Source of the DNA: Chamaesiphon sp.
GTDB taxonomy: Bacteria; Cyanobacteriota; Cyanobacteriia; Cyanobacteriales; Chamaesiphonaceae
Reading direction: 5' to 3'
Assembly: GCA_965246715.1 (NCBI GenBank)
Contig: CBDFFH010000002.1
Coordinates: forward strand, 192,001-256,000
Length of the DNA: 64,000 nucleotides
Made by a program: the position numbers and the translations under genes. Below, piece after piece: positions 52,784 to 62,441 of this stretch (positions are counted from its first letter, which is position 1; every line of letters starts with the position of its first letter). The notes under the pieces were generated by a model, which saw nothing but the letters and a program-made list of their open reading frames with translations, was not told the origin of the DNA and did no database searches.

Positions 52784-53271
52784 GCTGGGTTAAGCCTCGA
52801 AAACCAACAATTCCAGTGTTTGAGGTTCGCTCGTTGGCGCAGCCTACCGTTAGGTAATCGCCGTTGAGTAGCATCTTTTATACCCTGTCGAAATTATCGA
52901 TCGATTACCTATTTCGAGAAACCCAACGATTCCAGTGTTTGAGGTTCGTTCGCATAGCGTACCGGAGGTAATCGATTGCCATTGAGAAGCATCCTTATAT
53001 CCTGTCAAAATTATCGATCGATTAGCTTGGGTTTGGTCGTTGGCGAAGCCTACCGGAGGTAATCGTCGTTAATTCGTTGGCGTAGCCTCCGCTTTGCGGA
53101 ATCGATCTTTGGTGCGATGGTTTTGGGATCGATCGCCTATGGCACCCTACGCGATCGATGTTGATGACGATCGAGCTAAATTCACAATCGCTCATGATAT
53201 AATTATACTAGCCAATTGTAGACAATCGATGTTGGATATTTTGGCTCAACTACTTAACTTCAGGACAGAAT

Positions 53272-53514
53272 ATGAGCGATCGAGTAGTTACCGGAACGAT
53301 CGACAAAGATGGTGTTGTTACTTTTGACGAGGAAGTAACGATCTCCGAGCCTCAAGCCGTTACCATAATTTTCAATGCTGGTATTGAAGCTAGTAAACCT
53401 GAACTCAAAACGCAACAAGAGCTAACAGATAAAATCATTCAAGGCTTACACGAAGCAATTACAGGGAAAACAGTACCTCTGTCAGCATTATGGGACGAAG
53501 TAGATGCAGACTGA
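53272..53514 (+). CDS. Orphan antitoxin-like protein
   Basis: IQGLHEAITGKTVPLSALWD C-terminus; an overlapping downstream ATG runs into a repeat copy after ~11 codons. Confidence 0.55.
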   Translation: MSDRVVTGTIDKDGVVTFDEEVTISEPQAVTIIFNAGIEASKPELKTQQELTDKIIQGLHEAITGKTVPLSALWDEVDAD

Positions 53515-53586
53515 TGAGACGCAACCTCCTGTTAGGTAATCGCCATTGAGGAGCTTCTTTATACCCTGTCGAAATTATCCTCGATT

Positions 53587-53878
53587 TCATGCCAAAAGTA
53601 GTTTTGAGGGCAGATTGAAGCGATTACTTAATTTCTCAGCCTGATTGAGATCGATCGAGCGTTTACCATCGATAACTTCCAATACTCGATCGCTAGAGCC
53701 AAATACATCAATTAAATCTGCTAGTTGAACGTCATTCGCATCCATTAAATGCAGCAGTCGGCTGTGGGGAGTCGATCGATTTTGAGATGGGTAATGTTCT
53801 GATTCAAACTTTTCAGCTAAGATGACAAACAGATCGATTAGCTGTTCTTCTTCACTGCTAACTGTCTCTTTATTCATT
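53587..53878 (-). pseudogene. 5'-truncated second higA copy
   Basis: Close paralog of 45389-45793 from MNKETVS onward. Confidence 0.82.
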
Positions 53879-54255
53879 TGCCTGGGCGCATCAATACACA
53901 TTCTATGAGTCCAAGAGTTCAAAAAATTCAAGCACGAATCGAAGAATATTTAGTGGATGAAGTCAAGAAAATTCCCGCAAAACTAATTCTACTCGGAACT
54001 TCTGATGTAATTGAGTCATTATTCGGTAAATATAAAATTTTTGCCCAAAGACGACCAATAAAAGAGCTTGGGGCTAGGATCTTACTCATTCCTTTAGCCA
54101 CGATAGAAATTACACTCGATTTAGTCAAAGAAGCAATGGAATCCATCAGCTTTATCGATGTTGTTAACTGGGCTAAATCCATTTTTGGTTCTTCGATGCT
54201 CTCACGCCGAAGAAGCCTGAATTCAGCCGCAAATTCTGACGCAAAACCTGCATGA
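53879..54255 (+). pseudogene. Transposase C-terminal fragment (family uncertain)
   Basis: LGTSDVIESLFGKYK resembles a DDE third-residue helix; abuts and truncates higA. Confidence 0.6.
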
Positions 54256-54586
54256 AGTCTTGTCCTGTCTGGGAGGACAAAATTAACATGCTAGGCACTG
54301 CCCACCCAGCCCTTTCAATGTGACAAAAACAACATGCATGTAACGGCGGAAATCCGTCTTCGGATCGATCGAGACTAGTGGTTGAGTGCCCCTCCTCGAT
54401 CGAATTATGAGCAGTTTTTCGACCGCCGAAGACGGTGCGCAAGCTTCGAGGAGGGGCACGCCATAATTGAAAAAGATTCAAAACCGCATTCTATTATCGA
54501 TCGAAAAACAGTAGTAAAACAGTAACTTCTGTCACATTGAAAGGGATGGCACTGCCCACCCTACATAATAGATATTTAAGTGTATT

Positions 54587-56578
54587 CTAGCGTTCGGTTA
54601 GCTTAGTTAACACTTGATTCGATCGCTCGACAAAAGCATTCATATTCTCGGCATTAATGCCCTTTTGAGCCATCAATGCTAGGTCGTAAACATGCTGACA
54701 AACGAGATTGACTAGCTGTTGATTTGGCGAATCTCCATCGGTGCCGACGAGCGAACCTTTGTTGATATTTGCCAAGTTTTGAATCAGCGGATGTGCGGTG
54801 TTGACAACGAGAATATGATCTTCTGGAAACTCTGCGGTTTGTTGCTGCATCATTGCCGTCATATCGCGCATCCGGCGCATAAATTCAGGTAATAATACCA
54901 TCGCTGGCGGTGTCGATTGGGCATTATCGCCTTTGAGTGATTCGGTACGGATCGTAACTTTGGGTTTACCGATCGCCGCAGTAAAGATATCCTTAATCTG
55001 TTCGCTCCGAGTTTTATTAGTATTCGGATCGATGATTTCGGGAGTCTCATCCGATTGAATCAGGCTGCTATCGAGTTCGGCATCTACCCGTGCAAATTTT
55101 ACATTGCTGTGTTCGCGTTCGAGGAAGCTCACAAAGTGGGTATCGATGAACGAATCGAGAAATAGCACTTCTAAACCCTGACTCTTATGCAGTTGGATAT
55201 AGGGTGATTGACTGGCTTCATCGGTAGCGTAGAAGACGCGATTTTCGTAAGTGGGTTCGCCCTCTTCTGTCGGAGCTGCTGACTTACTATGACGCTCTTG
55301 ATTCCGTTCTAAATACTCGGCTAAGGTGGTGTAGGGTAGGCTCGGGAGATTGTCTTCAGATTTCCACGCATCATCTTCACCATCAGTCGTTGCCGCTGTT
55401 ACTACTGGAGGCGCGACGAAGGTAGTCCGATAGATAACGATATCTTCGATTTGCTTTTTGAATTTATCGTCGTTGAGACAGCCAAATTTGATAAAGGTAC
55501 TAAGATCTTCCCAACCTTTAGCATACGCCGCCCGATCGTCATGAAAGAGTTCTTTAAGTCGGTCGCCAACTTTTTTGGCAATATAATCGGCAATCCGGCG
55601 GACGGTGCGATCGTTAGTTAAGGCACTCCGCGATACGTTGAGTGGAATATCGGTGCTATCGATGACTCCCCGCAATGGTAACAGAAATTTGGGAATCACT
55701 TCATCACAGCGATCGCTAACAAATACCTGATTGCAAAAGAGTTTCGCCTGTCCTTTGGTCAGATCTAAATCTGGTTGTAATTTCGGGAAGTAAAGAATCC
55801 CATTGAGGGCAAATGGGTAATCTGTATTCAGGTGTACCCACAATAATGGCTCTTCTTGGTAAGGATAGAGATAGCGATAAAATTCGAGATAATCTTCTTT
55901 AGTTAAATTCTGTGGTGACTCTTTCCACAATGCTTTTTGTTTGTTTAGGACTTCACCATCGAGGGAGATGGGTACGGGCATGAAGTCGCAATAGGTTTTG
56001 ACTAGATTCTTAATCCGTGCTGGTTCGAGATATTCAGCTTCCTCATCTTGAAGGGTAAGCGTAATCGTCGTTCCGCGTTCGGTGCGAGTGGATTCGCTGA
56101 TTTGGAAGCTCGGCGAACCATCACAAGACCAGTGGACGGCGGTGGCACCATCGCGGTAGGAGAGGGTATCGATTTCGACGAGACTCGCCACCATGAAGGA
56201 CGAGTAGAAGCCTAACCCAAAGTGTCCGATGATTTGTTGGTCGCTATTTTTCTGATACTTCTCGATGAATTCTTCGGCGCTAGAGAAGGCGACTTGATTG
56301 ATATATTTTTTGACTTCATCCAGACTCATGCCGATGCCATTATCGGAGATCGAGAGCGTCTTTTTATCCTTATCGATCGACAGATTAATCGCGGGTTCGC
56401 CGATTTCGCCGCTAAAGTCACCTGCGAAGGAGACCATTTTGACTTTGGCAATGGCATCGACGGCGTTGGAGATTAGCTCGCGGAGGAAGATTTCATGGTC
56501 GGTATACAGAGATTTCTTAATGATCGGAAAGATATTCTCGGTATGGATGGTGATGTTACCTTGTTCTATCACTGTCAT
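54587..56578 (-). CDS. htpG: Hsp90 chaperone HtpG
   Basis: IFLRELISNAVDA, DNGIGM, IGHFGLGFYSSF and IPLNVSRS. Confidence 0.96.
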   Translation of the reverse strand: MTVIEQGNITIHTENIFPIIKKSLYTDHEIFLRELISNAVDAIAKVKMVSFAGDFSGEIGEPAINLSIDKDKKTLSISDNGIGMSLDEVKKYINQVAFSSAEEFIEKYQKNSDQQIIGHFGLGFYSSFMVASLVEIDTLSYRDGATAVHWSCDGSPSFQISESTRTERGTTITLTLQDEEAEYLEPARIKNLVKTYCDFMPVPISLDGEVLNKQKALWKESPQNLTKEDYLEFYRYLYPYQEEPLLWVHLNTDYPFALNGILYFPKLQPDLDLTKGQAKLFCNQVFVSDRCDEVIPKFLLPLRGVIDSTDIPLNVSRSALTNDRTVRRIADYIAKKVGDRLKELFHDDRAAYAKGWEDLSTFIKFGCLNDDKFKKQIEDIVIYRTTFVAPPVVTAATTDGEDDAWKSEDNLPSLPYTTLAEYLERNQERHSKSAAPTEEGEPTYENRVFYATDEASQSPYIQLHKSQGLEVLFLDSFIDTHFVSFLEREHSNVKFARVDAELDSSLIQSDETPEIIDPNTNKTRSEQIKDIFTAAIGKPKVTIRTESLKGDNAQSTPPAMVLLPEFMRRMRDMTAMMQQQTAEFPEDHILVVNTAHPLIQNLANINKGSLVGTDGDSPNQQLVNLVCQHVYDLALMAQKGINAENMNAFVERSNQVLTKLTER

Positions 56579-56672
56579 GTGGCTATCTGGTTGCGATTGT
56601 GTTTATTTACCAGCATTGTAGGTCGTCTGGTGGTGTGGCGCGTTTCGGGATTTCCGTACCTGGGCTAAATAT

Positions 56673-56905
56673 AACGTCAGTTCGGGATAAGGATATCTGC
56701 TCCACTCCCGCACCGCCAACGATTGAAATCGTGGCTCGTGTTGCAAAGTCCGGTTGTTGCCGCGAGCGGCAAAGCCTGCCTACGCGGACTAACTAACTAG
56801 TCCGCGTAGGCGGACTTCGTCTTATTAGCCCCGATTTCAATCGGCGGCGGCGCAAGAACAAATCTAGAAGCCATTAAGCCTAAATCCTTATCCCAAACTC
56901 AAGTT
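56673..56905. mobile_element. MITE-like element (AACGTCAGTTCGGGATAAGGA family)
   Basis: Left IR identical to that at 10313, right IR degenerate; interior CCTACGCGGACTA..TAGTCCGCGTAGG hairpin. Confidence 0.7.
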
Positions 56906-56974
56906 AAAATAGTAGTGCGTAATGACAATTAGTATTATCGATCGCGCTGTTATCTAAATAGCAGAGGATTTTAC

Positions 56975-57670
56975 CTACAAGTAAATAAACTTCGCTGCGG
57001 TACCAACTGGATTGCCAGCTTTGATTAATCTTACCGACGGTTGAGCTTGATGGATCCCTTCAGTGATGAGAAAAGAACCATCGGCATAGACTTTTTCGAC
57101 AAATGCAACGTGTCCGGCGACAGGATCGCTCGTCCAAGTATAGATAGTATTACCTTCCTGCCAACTAAAAGTTCGATCGGCATCCCAAACGACCAGACTA
57201 TTTGCTCTAGGCTTGTTTTTCAATCGATCGCGATAATTACTATTGGCAATTTTGCCGCTCCAAGTATCCGCATTACCGACGAGCACGGTCGCAATCCCTC
57301 GGTTATTCTCGATTAAACCACGTTCGATCGCTCTACCATAGACAAATTCAACACATTCAAACGGGTGAGCGCCGCCGAGAATTTGTTCGTTCCAAGCAAT
57401 TAATTGATTGCCGCTAGCTTGATAATAAGCTCGATCGAGCTTGATGCCTAATTTCGCGATCGACGGTAAGGAATCGGCATGAGGGACGGTATCGGCTGAT
57501 GCTCTAATTTTACGATGCGGAGATTTTGCGATGTTGGTTGACGAACCAGCGATCGAGGAAATTGAGTTAACAGCACTCGCGATTGGCGTACTGGAAACAT
57601 TCAGCAATCCTAAACTTATGGCAAGCAGGAATAGCTGATGAGATTTATTTAACATGATGAATTTACCCAA
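56975..57670 (-). CDS. Secreted CHAP-domain amidase
   Basis: ECVEFVYGR, GNADTW and GHVAFVE motifs; signal peptide. Confidence 0.82.
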   Translation of the reverse strand: MGKFIMLNKSHQLFLLAISLGLLNVSSTPIASAVNSISSIAGSSTNIAKSPHRKIRASADTVPHADSLPSIAKLGIKLDRAYYQASGNQLIAWNEQILGGAHPFECVEFVYGRAIERGLIENNRGIATVLVGNADTWSGKIANSNYRDRLKNKPRANSLVVWDADRTFSWQEGNTIYTWTSDPVAGHVAFVEKVYADGSFLITEGIHQAQPSVRLIKAGNPVGTAAKFIYL

Positions 57671-57704
57671 TAATCGAGATTGATAGTGCCGCGATCGGAT
57701 CGAT

Positions 57705-60059
57705 TTAGAGAATATCTTTTCTTTTTTGTAACAAGGCCGTGATACTTAGATAGACAATAATATGCACTACCAATATCGACCAACTCGTAATTAAGTTGTT
57801 CCAGGTTTGTTCGTAAGCTGCACCAGTAGGGAATGGTAGATCGGCGATCGCGGCAGTTTTGAGCTGTGCTGGTAATAAGTTATTGACATTGACGATCGTG
57901 CCATAAGCACCGACCGACCACCGACATAACATCAAATATGAAATAATAATTCCTGCGCCTTTGAGCTTAAATAAGATACCTGAAAAAATGATTTGAGGCA
58001 GTAGAATCAGCGGTAACGTACCATTTGCTTGACTGCTATTTTTGACGATCGCCGAAACTAATAATCCCAAACTAGAACTAGCTGTCAGTGTCAGACAAGT
58101 AGTGATAAATAGTCCTAATTGCCAGGGAATTAAGGTTGTAATGGGTGCTTTGAATTCAAGGCCGACCGTGATGACGATTAGTAGCGTTTGCAAGACCGCT
58201 AGTACAGCAAGAACGGTAAATTTAGAGCCTAAATAAGCTGGAATATTGAGATTTATCAATCGTTCGCGGAGATAGATCGCACTCTCCTTGACGATTTCTT
58301 GTAACGAACTAGACAAACCCACCCATAACGAGGCACAAGTAAAGACGAATAATACTTGCAATGCTAAGGCTGGTAAAGCGTTATCTGGAGAACTTCCCAA
58401 GATAAAAGGATCTTTATCTTGCAAGGCAAAATCTAAGAAACTAATCCCGACGGGTGCCGTGAGTAAAGCCAATCCTAAATTTAATCGATCGCGACTCTGC
58501 AGCGCGAGTTGACGTTGGGTAAAAATCAACCATTGGGCGATCGGATTTACTTGTTTGGCGGTTGGTGGCAGTTGCGAATTCGGGGCAGCTTGGGGGTTGA
58601 GGCTATTGGTGACGTAGGTTTGGAAATAGTGAGACTGACGATAGGTATTTACATAGCGATCGATTTCATTGACATCTTCGAGCTTGATATAAATATCGGC
58701 AAAATCATTCACCCCAAAAAATTTCAAGGCTTCTGCTGGCGAACCAAAATAACAAAATTTACCATCGCGACCCAAAAAGACAATTCGATCGCACGCCGTA
58801 ATATTTGCAGTAGCATGTGTGACTAACACGATCGTCCGTCCCCCATCATGGGCGAGATCGCGCAACAATTCCATCATCTGTTTGTCTAGTCCCGGATCGA
58901 GTCCAGATGTCGGTTCGTCTAAAAAGAACAGCTTGGGATTCGCCAGTAATTCCACCCCGATACTTACCCGCTTGCGCTGTCCGCCACTGAGATTGACGAT
59001 CGCGGCTTTGCGTCGATGTGTCATTTTGATATCATCCAACGCCCGATCGACCACCGATTTTAGCTCGATATCTGGTGGCAATCGGAGCCTAGCCGCATAG
59101 CGCAGCACTTCTTCAACACTCAGATCCATGTGGATGATATCGTCTTGTGGCACATAGCCGATTTGCGTCCGATAGATATTAAAATTCTGGCGCAAGTCCG
59201 TACCGTTGAGATAGACCGCGCCTTGAGTCGGAGCCTCAACACCCAATAATGTCCGCATCAGCGTCGATTTACCCGCGCCGCTCCCCCCCACTAATGCGAC
59301 AAATTGACCGGGTTCTAGTGCGAATGAAAGGTCATCCAACCGCCGTTTGCCATTAGTTTCGAGAATCAGATTGTGAACGTCTAAGCGGATCCGATCGCCA
59401 CGATCGAGCATCTGTAGCTTGTCACCCCTGATAACCAACGTAAACGGCCCGATTTTAATCGTCGCGCCATCACCAACAAGTGCAGATTGGCTGACGCGCT
59501 GACCGTTGACGAAGACACCATTGGTACTGCGATCGCGCAACAGATATCTACCACTACCATCACGATCGATCGTGGCATGGACGCGGGAAATCGTTGGTGC
59601 TTCGAGTGGCAGCGTGGAACTAGGATCGCGACCGAGCGTGACGGTGCCACAATCGAGTGGTGTCGATTTATTCTCTATATTGGAATTAATAACAACATTG
59701 ATATTCGGATCGATATATTCGATCTGAATCAGTGTTTTGGGGTCGAGACCGATATTAATTCGTACTCCATTGGTCAAGCGACAACCTTGTGCTGGCGTAA
59801 TTAGTGCTTGGTTGAGATATAAGCGATTGCTACTCGGAGTTTGGCGATCTCCATCATAAATATAGCAATCTTCACCATTTTGACAAATGGTAGCTTGTCT
59901 GCGCGAGACAACATTCCAACTATCGGGTAGCGACAGATCCGCAACACTCGGATCTCGGCCTAAAACATGTTTCGATTTGGTCAGTTCAAATTTAACTAGT
60001 TGCCCCTGGTTGTCGATGAGCAGATATGGATATTTATAAACCAGGGTTTTCACGTTCAT
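57705..60059 (-). CDS. ABC transporter with two FHA domains, ATPase and ABC-2 permease
   Basis: LGRDP..SRxHA FHA motifs, GGSGAGKS, LSGGQ, DEPTSGLD and TM helices. Confidence 0.92.
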   Translation of the reverse strand: MNVKTLVYKYPYLLIDNQGQLVKFELTKSKHVLGRDPSVADLSLPDSWNVVSRRQATICQNGEDCYIYDGDRQTPSSNRLYLNQALITPAQGCRLTNGVRINIGLDPKTLIQIEYIDPNINVVINSNIENKSTPLDCGTVTLGRDPSSTLPLEAPTISRVHATIDRDGSGRYLLRDRSTNGVFVNGQRVSQSALVGDGATIKIGPFTLVIRGDKLQMLDRGDRIRLDVHNLILETNGKRRLDDLSFALEPGQFVALVGGSGAGKSTLMRTLLGVEAPTQGAVYLNGTDLRQNFNIYRTQIGYVPQDDIIHMDLSVEEVLRYAARLRLPPDIELKSVVDRALDDIKMTHRRKAAIVNLSGGQRKRVSIGVELLANPKLFFLDEPTSGLDPGLDKQMMELLRDLAHDGGRTIVLVTHATANITACDRIVFLGRDGKFCYFGSPAEALKFFGVNDFADIYIKLEDVNEIDRYVNTYRQSHYFQTYVTNSLNPQAAPNSQLPPTAKQVNPIAQWLIFTQRQLALQSRDRLNLGLALLTAPVGISFLDFALQDKDPFILGSSPDNALPALALQVLFVFTCASLWVGLSSSLQEIVKESAIYLRERLINLNIPAYLGSKFTVLAVLAVLQTLLIVITVGLEFKAPITTLIPWQLGLFITTCLTLTASSSLGLLVSAIVKNSSQANGTLPLILLPQIIFSGILFKLKGAGIIISYLMLCRWSVGAYGTIVNVNNLLPAQLKTAAIADLPFPTGAAYEQTWNNLITSWSILVVHIIVYLSITALLQKRKDIL

Positions 60060-60251
60060 CTTGAGAACTTATTGTGGATGTTTAGGGATACTTTAGGATA
60101 AGCCAAAATAGATTATCGTTCGGTAACTATAACTTTTTATGTCATTCAGTATAACTTCACCTATAATACTCGGCGATCGCAATTCTGAGATGATTTGCGA
60201 CAACCATTAAGATCGATCTCCTTGACATCATTAGGCTCTCATCGATCGATC

Positions 60252-61178
60252 TCAATCTTGATGGCTATTGCCGACAGCTAGCTGTTCGACTTCCATTTTC
60301 TTGAGTAAATGTGGAATTTGACTGATTTTTTTGGCGACGGGAATTTTTGCGCGTTTATAAGTTTTCATCCGTTGTTGGATCGTATCAGCATTGTGAATCG
60401 GTTTTGAGAGTGTATGACTCAAGACGATCGCGGCATCTGTCAGCGGGTGCGGTGTATTAGCATGAATTCCCGCTAGATAGGCAACGACAGGTTTACCTTG
60501 TTTGGCGAGGAAATAAGCCGCCGTCGCACCTTCGGAATCCCAGCAAATATCGCCGACAAGCACGATCGCTTCCGTCAGCGGATCTGTTTGTAGCCACTCT
60601 AGCCACAGGCGACAGGAGGAGCCAACCAGCGGATCGCTACCGATATGAATGACGATCGATTGACCTAAATTAGCGTGATTTAATTCGCTGGCAATTTCGG
60701 CCATCAGACTTTGATTGCGACCGATCACAGCTACTTTACCAGGACTAAATAGTTGGGGCTGATAAATACCCAATAACAATCGATCGGGAATAATCACCCC
60801 CGCACTCCCAGAACCCAAAATTAAGGTATTGCTGATACTTGCCTGCCGCAAGAGCCGAATCGTATCCAGTGGTGGCACACCGCGTGTCACAATCACAATC
60901 TGCGGAATACCTGCGGCGATCGCTTCTAACGCTGCGTCTAGTACATCATAGGCGGGTACAAAAATTAAACTAGTTTCAATCTGACCCAAGGCACCTTGTG
61001 CCTGTTCTACCAAGTCAAAAATCGGCAGGTTAGCAAATTCTTGACCCCCACGCCCCGCACTGACAATGCCGACGATATTCGTACCATAAACTTGCATTCT
61101 GCTAATCGCTGCGGCTGCTAGGGAATTGTCTAGTCCCTGAATGAGGACGCGGCTGTCGAGCTGGAGATCGATCGTCAT
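60252..61178 (-). CDS. sucD: Succinyl-CoA ligase alpha-like subunit (divergent)
   Basis: VLIQG, SLIFVP, ALEAIAAGI and GQSIVIHIGSD; the phospho-His GHAG motif is not seen. Confidence 0.78.
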   Translation of the reverse strand: MTIDLQLDSRVLIQGLDNSLAAAAISRMQVYGTNIVGIVSAGRGGQEFANLPIFDLVEQAQGALGQIETSLIFVPAYDVLDAALEAIAAGIPQIVIVTRGVPPLDTIRLLRQASISNTLILGSGSAGVIIPDRLLLGIYQPQLFSPGKVAVIGRNQSLMAEIASELNHANLGQSIVIHIGSDPLVGSSCRLWLEWLQTDPLTEAIVLVGDICWDSEGATAAYFLAKQGKPVVAYLAGIHANTPHPLTDAAIVLSHTLSKPIHNADTIQQRMKTYKRAKIPVAKKISQIPHLLKKMEVEQLAVGNSHQD

Positions 61179-61225
61179 ACGGTGGTGAGGGGATAGGGGA
61201 TAGATGATAAATAACTAATAACCAA

Positions 61226-62302
61226 TTACTGTTTTGCCAGACTCAATGTCTGGGCGATCGCGCGATCGAGATTGGTGACGAGTTCGATCGATAATGGGAG
61301 CAAACCAGCCACTTTATCTAAATCTTGCTCCAAAACTCGCCAGACAATCTTCGGCTGGCGATCGCTGGCTAAATACTGCATTACCTGTTGACAACAGGCG
61401 ATCTCACTCCCGACTAGATTTACGAGCAAAACATCGATACCAGCCCGATCGACTCGATCGAGTGCGATTTGGATTTCTTCACTATTAGCCGGATCGACGA
61501 CGATACATTGAGCGACTTGTCCGCCACCTTGCGCGATCCCATCTAACATCGCCAGCGCCAACCCATTGCCGCTACAAATAATGCTGATATTTCCCACAGC
61601 AGTAAATAGCGGCGATAGCGAACCCAATCGATTGCGGGCAACGTCCACTACTTGCCACGGTTTGAGATTGGGATGTCGGCTCACGGCATAAGGATTGACG
61701 CTAATCTTGCCATCTAATGCCATCACTGCCCCCTGACTATCGACTCCCAAAGGATTGATCTCGACTAAATCTAGATCCTGAGACTGCATCAACACATACA
61801 TTTTTTCGATAATATCGCTGACAGCTAGCATCAAGTCACCCTGAAGTCCCATTTTTAATGCCAGCCGCCGCGCGTAAAAAGGCGAGAATTCATCATAGAC
61901 CACCACCTGCTGAATTTGATTCAGTACGGCATGAATATTCATTCCCCCATCGCTCGATCCCAACAATAACGGACGACAAGCTACTCTGTCGATCGCGATC
62001 GCCAAGTAAAACTCCTGACTGGTATTATATTTAGCCTCAGCTAATAATACTTCCGGATATTCACCCATAATCGGCAAGTTAAAGATCGTCCGCGCCGCCG
62101 CGATCGCATCGATGGTATTCTCGACAAATCTAATCCCGCCAGCCTTCCCGCGATTGCCAACACTAACTTGTGACTTTAAGACTACCGGATAGGGAATCCG
62201 CAAGGCTTTCAAATCTGTGGGTCGATCGATCCGCTGTGATGGCAATACCGGAATTCCCACCTGTCTGAATAATTCTTTAGCTTGATACTCTAGTAAATCC
62301 AT
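61226..62302 (-). CDS. sucC: Succinyl-CoA ligase beta-like subunit
   Basis: MDLLEYQAKELF, VLKSQV..RGKAGGI, EINPL and ALDGK. Confidence 0.85.
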   Translation of the reverse strand: MDLLEYQAKELFRQVGIPVLPSQRIDRPTDLKALRIPYPVVLKSQVSVGNRGKAGGIRFVENTIDAIAAARTIFNLPIMGEYPEVLLAEAKYNTSQEFYLAIAIDRVACRPLLLGSSDGGMNIHAVLNQIQQVVVYDEFSPFYARRLALKMGLQGDLMLAVSDIIEKMYVLMQSQDLDLVEINPLGVDSQGAVMALDGKISVNPYAVSRHPNLKPWQVVDVARNRLGSLSPLFTAVGNISIICSGNGLALAMLDGIAQGGGQVAQCIVVDPANSEEIQIALDRVDRAGIDVLLVNLVGSEIACCQQVMQYLASDRQPKIVWRVLEQDLDKVAGLLPLSIELVTNLDRAIAQTLSLAKQ

Positions 62303-62315
62303 GTAGCGAGAGAGG

Positions 62316-62350
62316 GAGGAAAGGGGAAAGGGGAAAGGGGAAAGGGGAAA
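62316..62350. repeat. STRR heptamer tandem repeat (GGGGAAA)n
   Basis: Direct reading; similar heptamer runs near 1151, 3760, 12176 and 62412. Confidence 0.8.
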
Positions 62351-62441
62351 GGAGAAAGGAAGGAAGTGCAATGGATGCGAGGAATGTAGGGAATGTTGAA
62401 GAATAATTGTTCACTATTCACTGTTCACTGTTCACTGCTTA

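Larger units (their letters stand above)
43156..53586 (+). repeat. Dispersed direct repeat, ~13 copies, separating TA modules
   Basis: Core CCCAACAATCCCAGTGTTTGAGGCTCGATCG..ATTGAGGAGCATCTTTATA.CCTGTCGAAATTATCGATCGATT starts near 43156, 43407, 44370, 45286, 46200, 46328, 46456, 50006, 50831, 51875, 52763, 52918 and 53535. Confidence 0.92.

Noticed and set aside
43156..53586. CRISPR array interpretation of the repeats
   Set aside because: The units are over 100 bp, degenerate and separated by whole genes; there is no constant spacer length and no cas gene.
43156..53586. Canonical integron or attC array
   Set aside because: There is no intI in the window, I could not identify consistent RYYYAAC..GTTRRRY boxes, and the genes lie in both orientations. 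A formal IntegronFinder run is still needed.
62303..62371. N-terminal extension MHFLPFSFPLSPFPFPLS of SucC
   Set aside because: It is a translation of the GGGGAAA heptamer repeat; the conserved start is MDLLEYQ at 62302.
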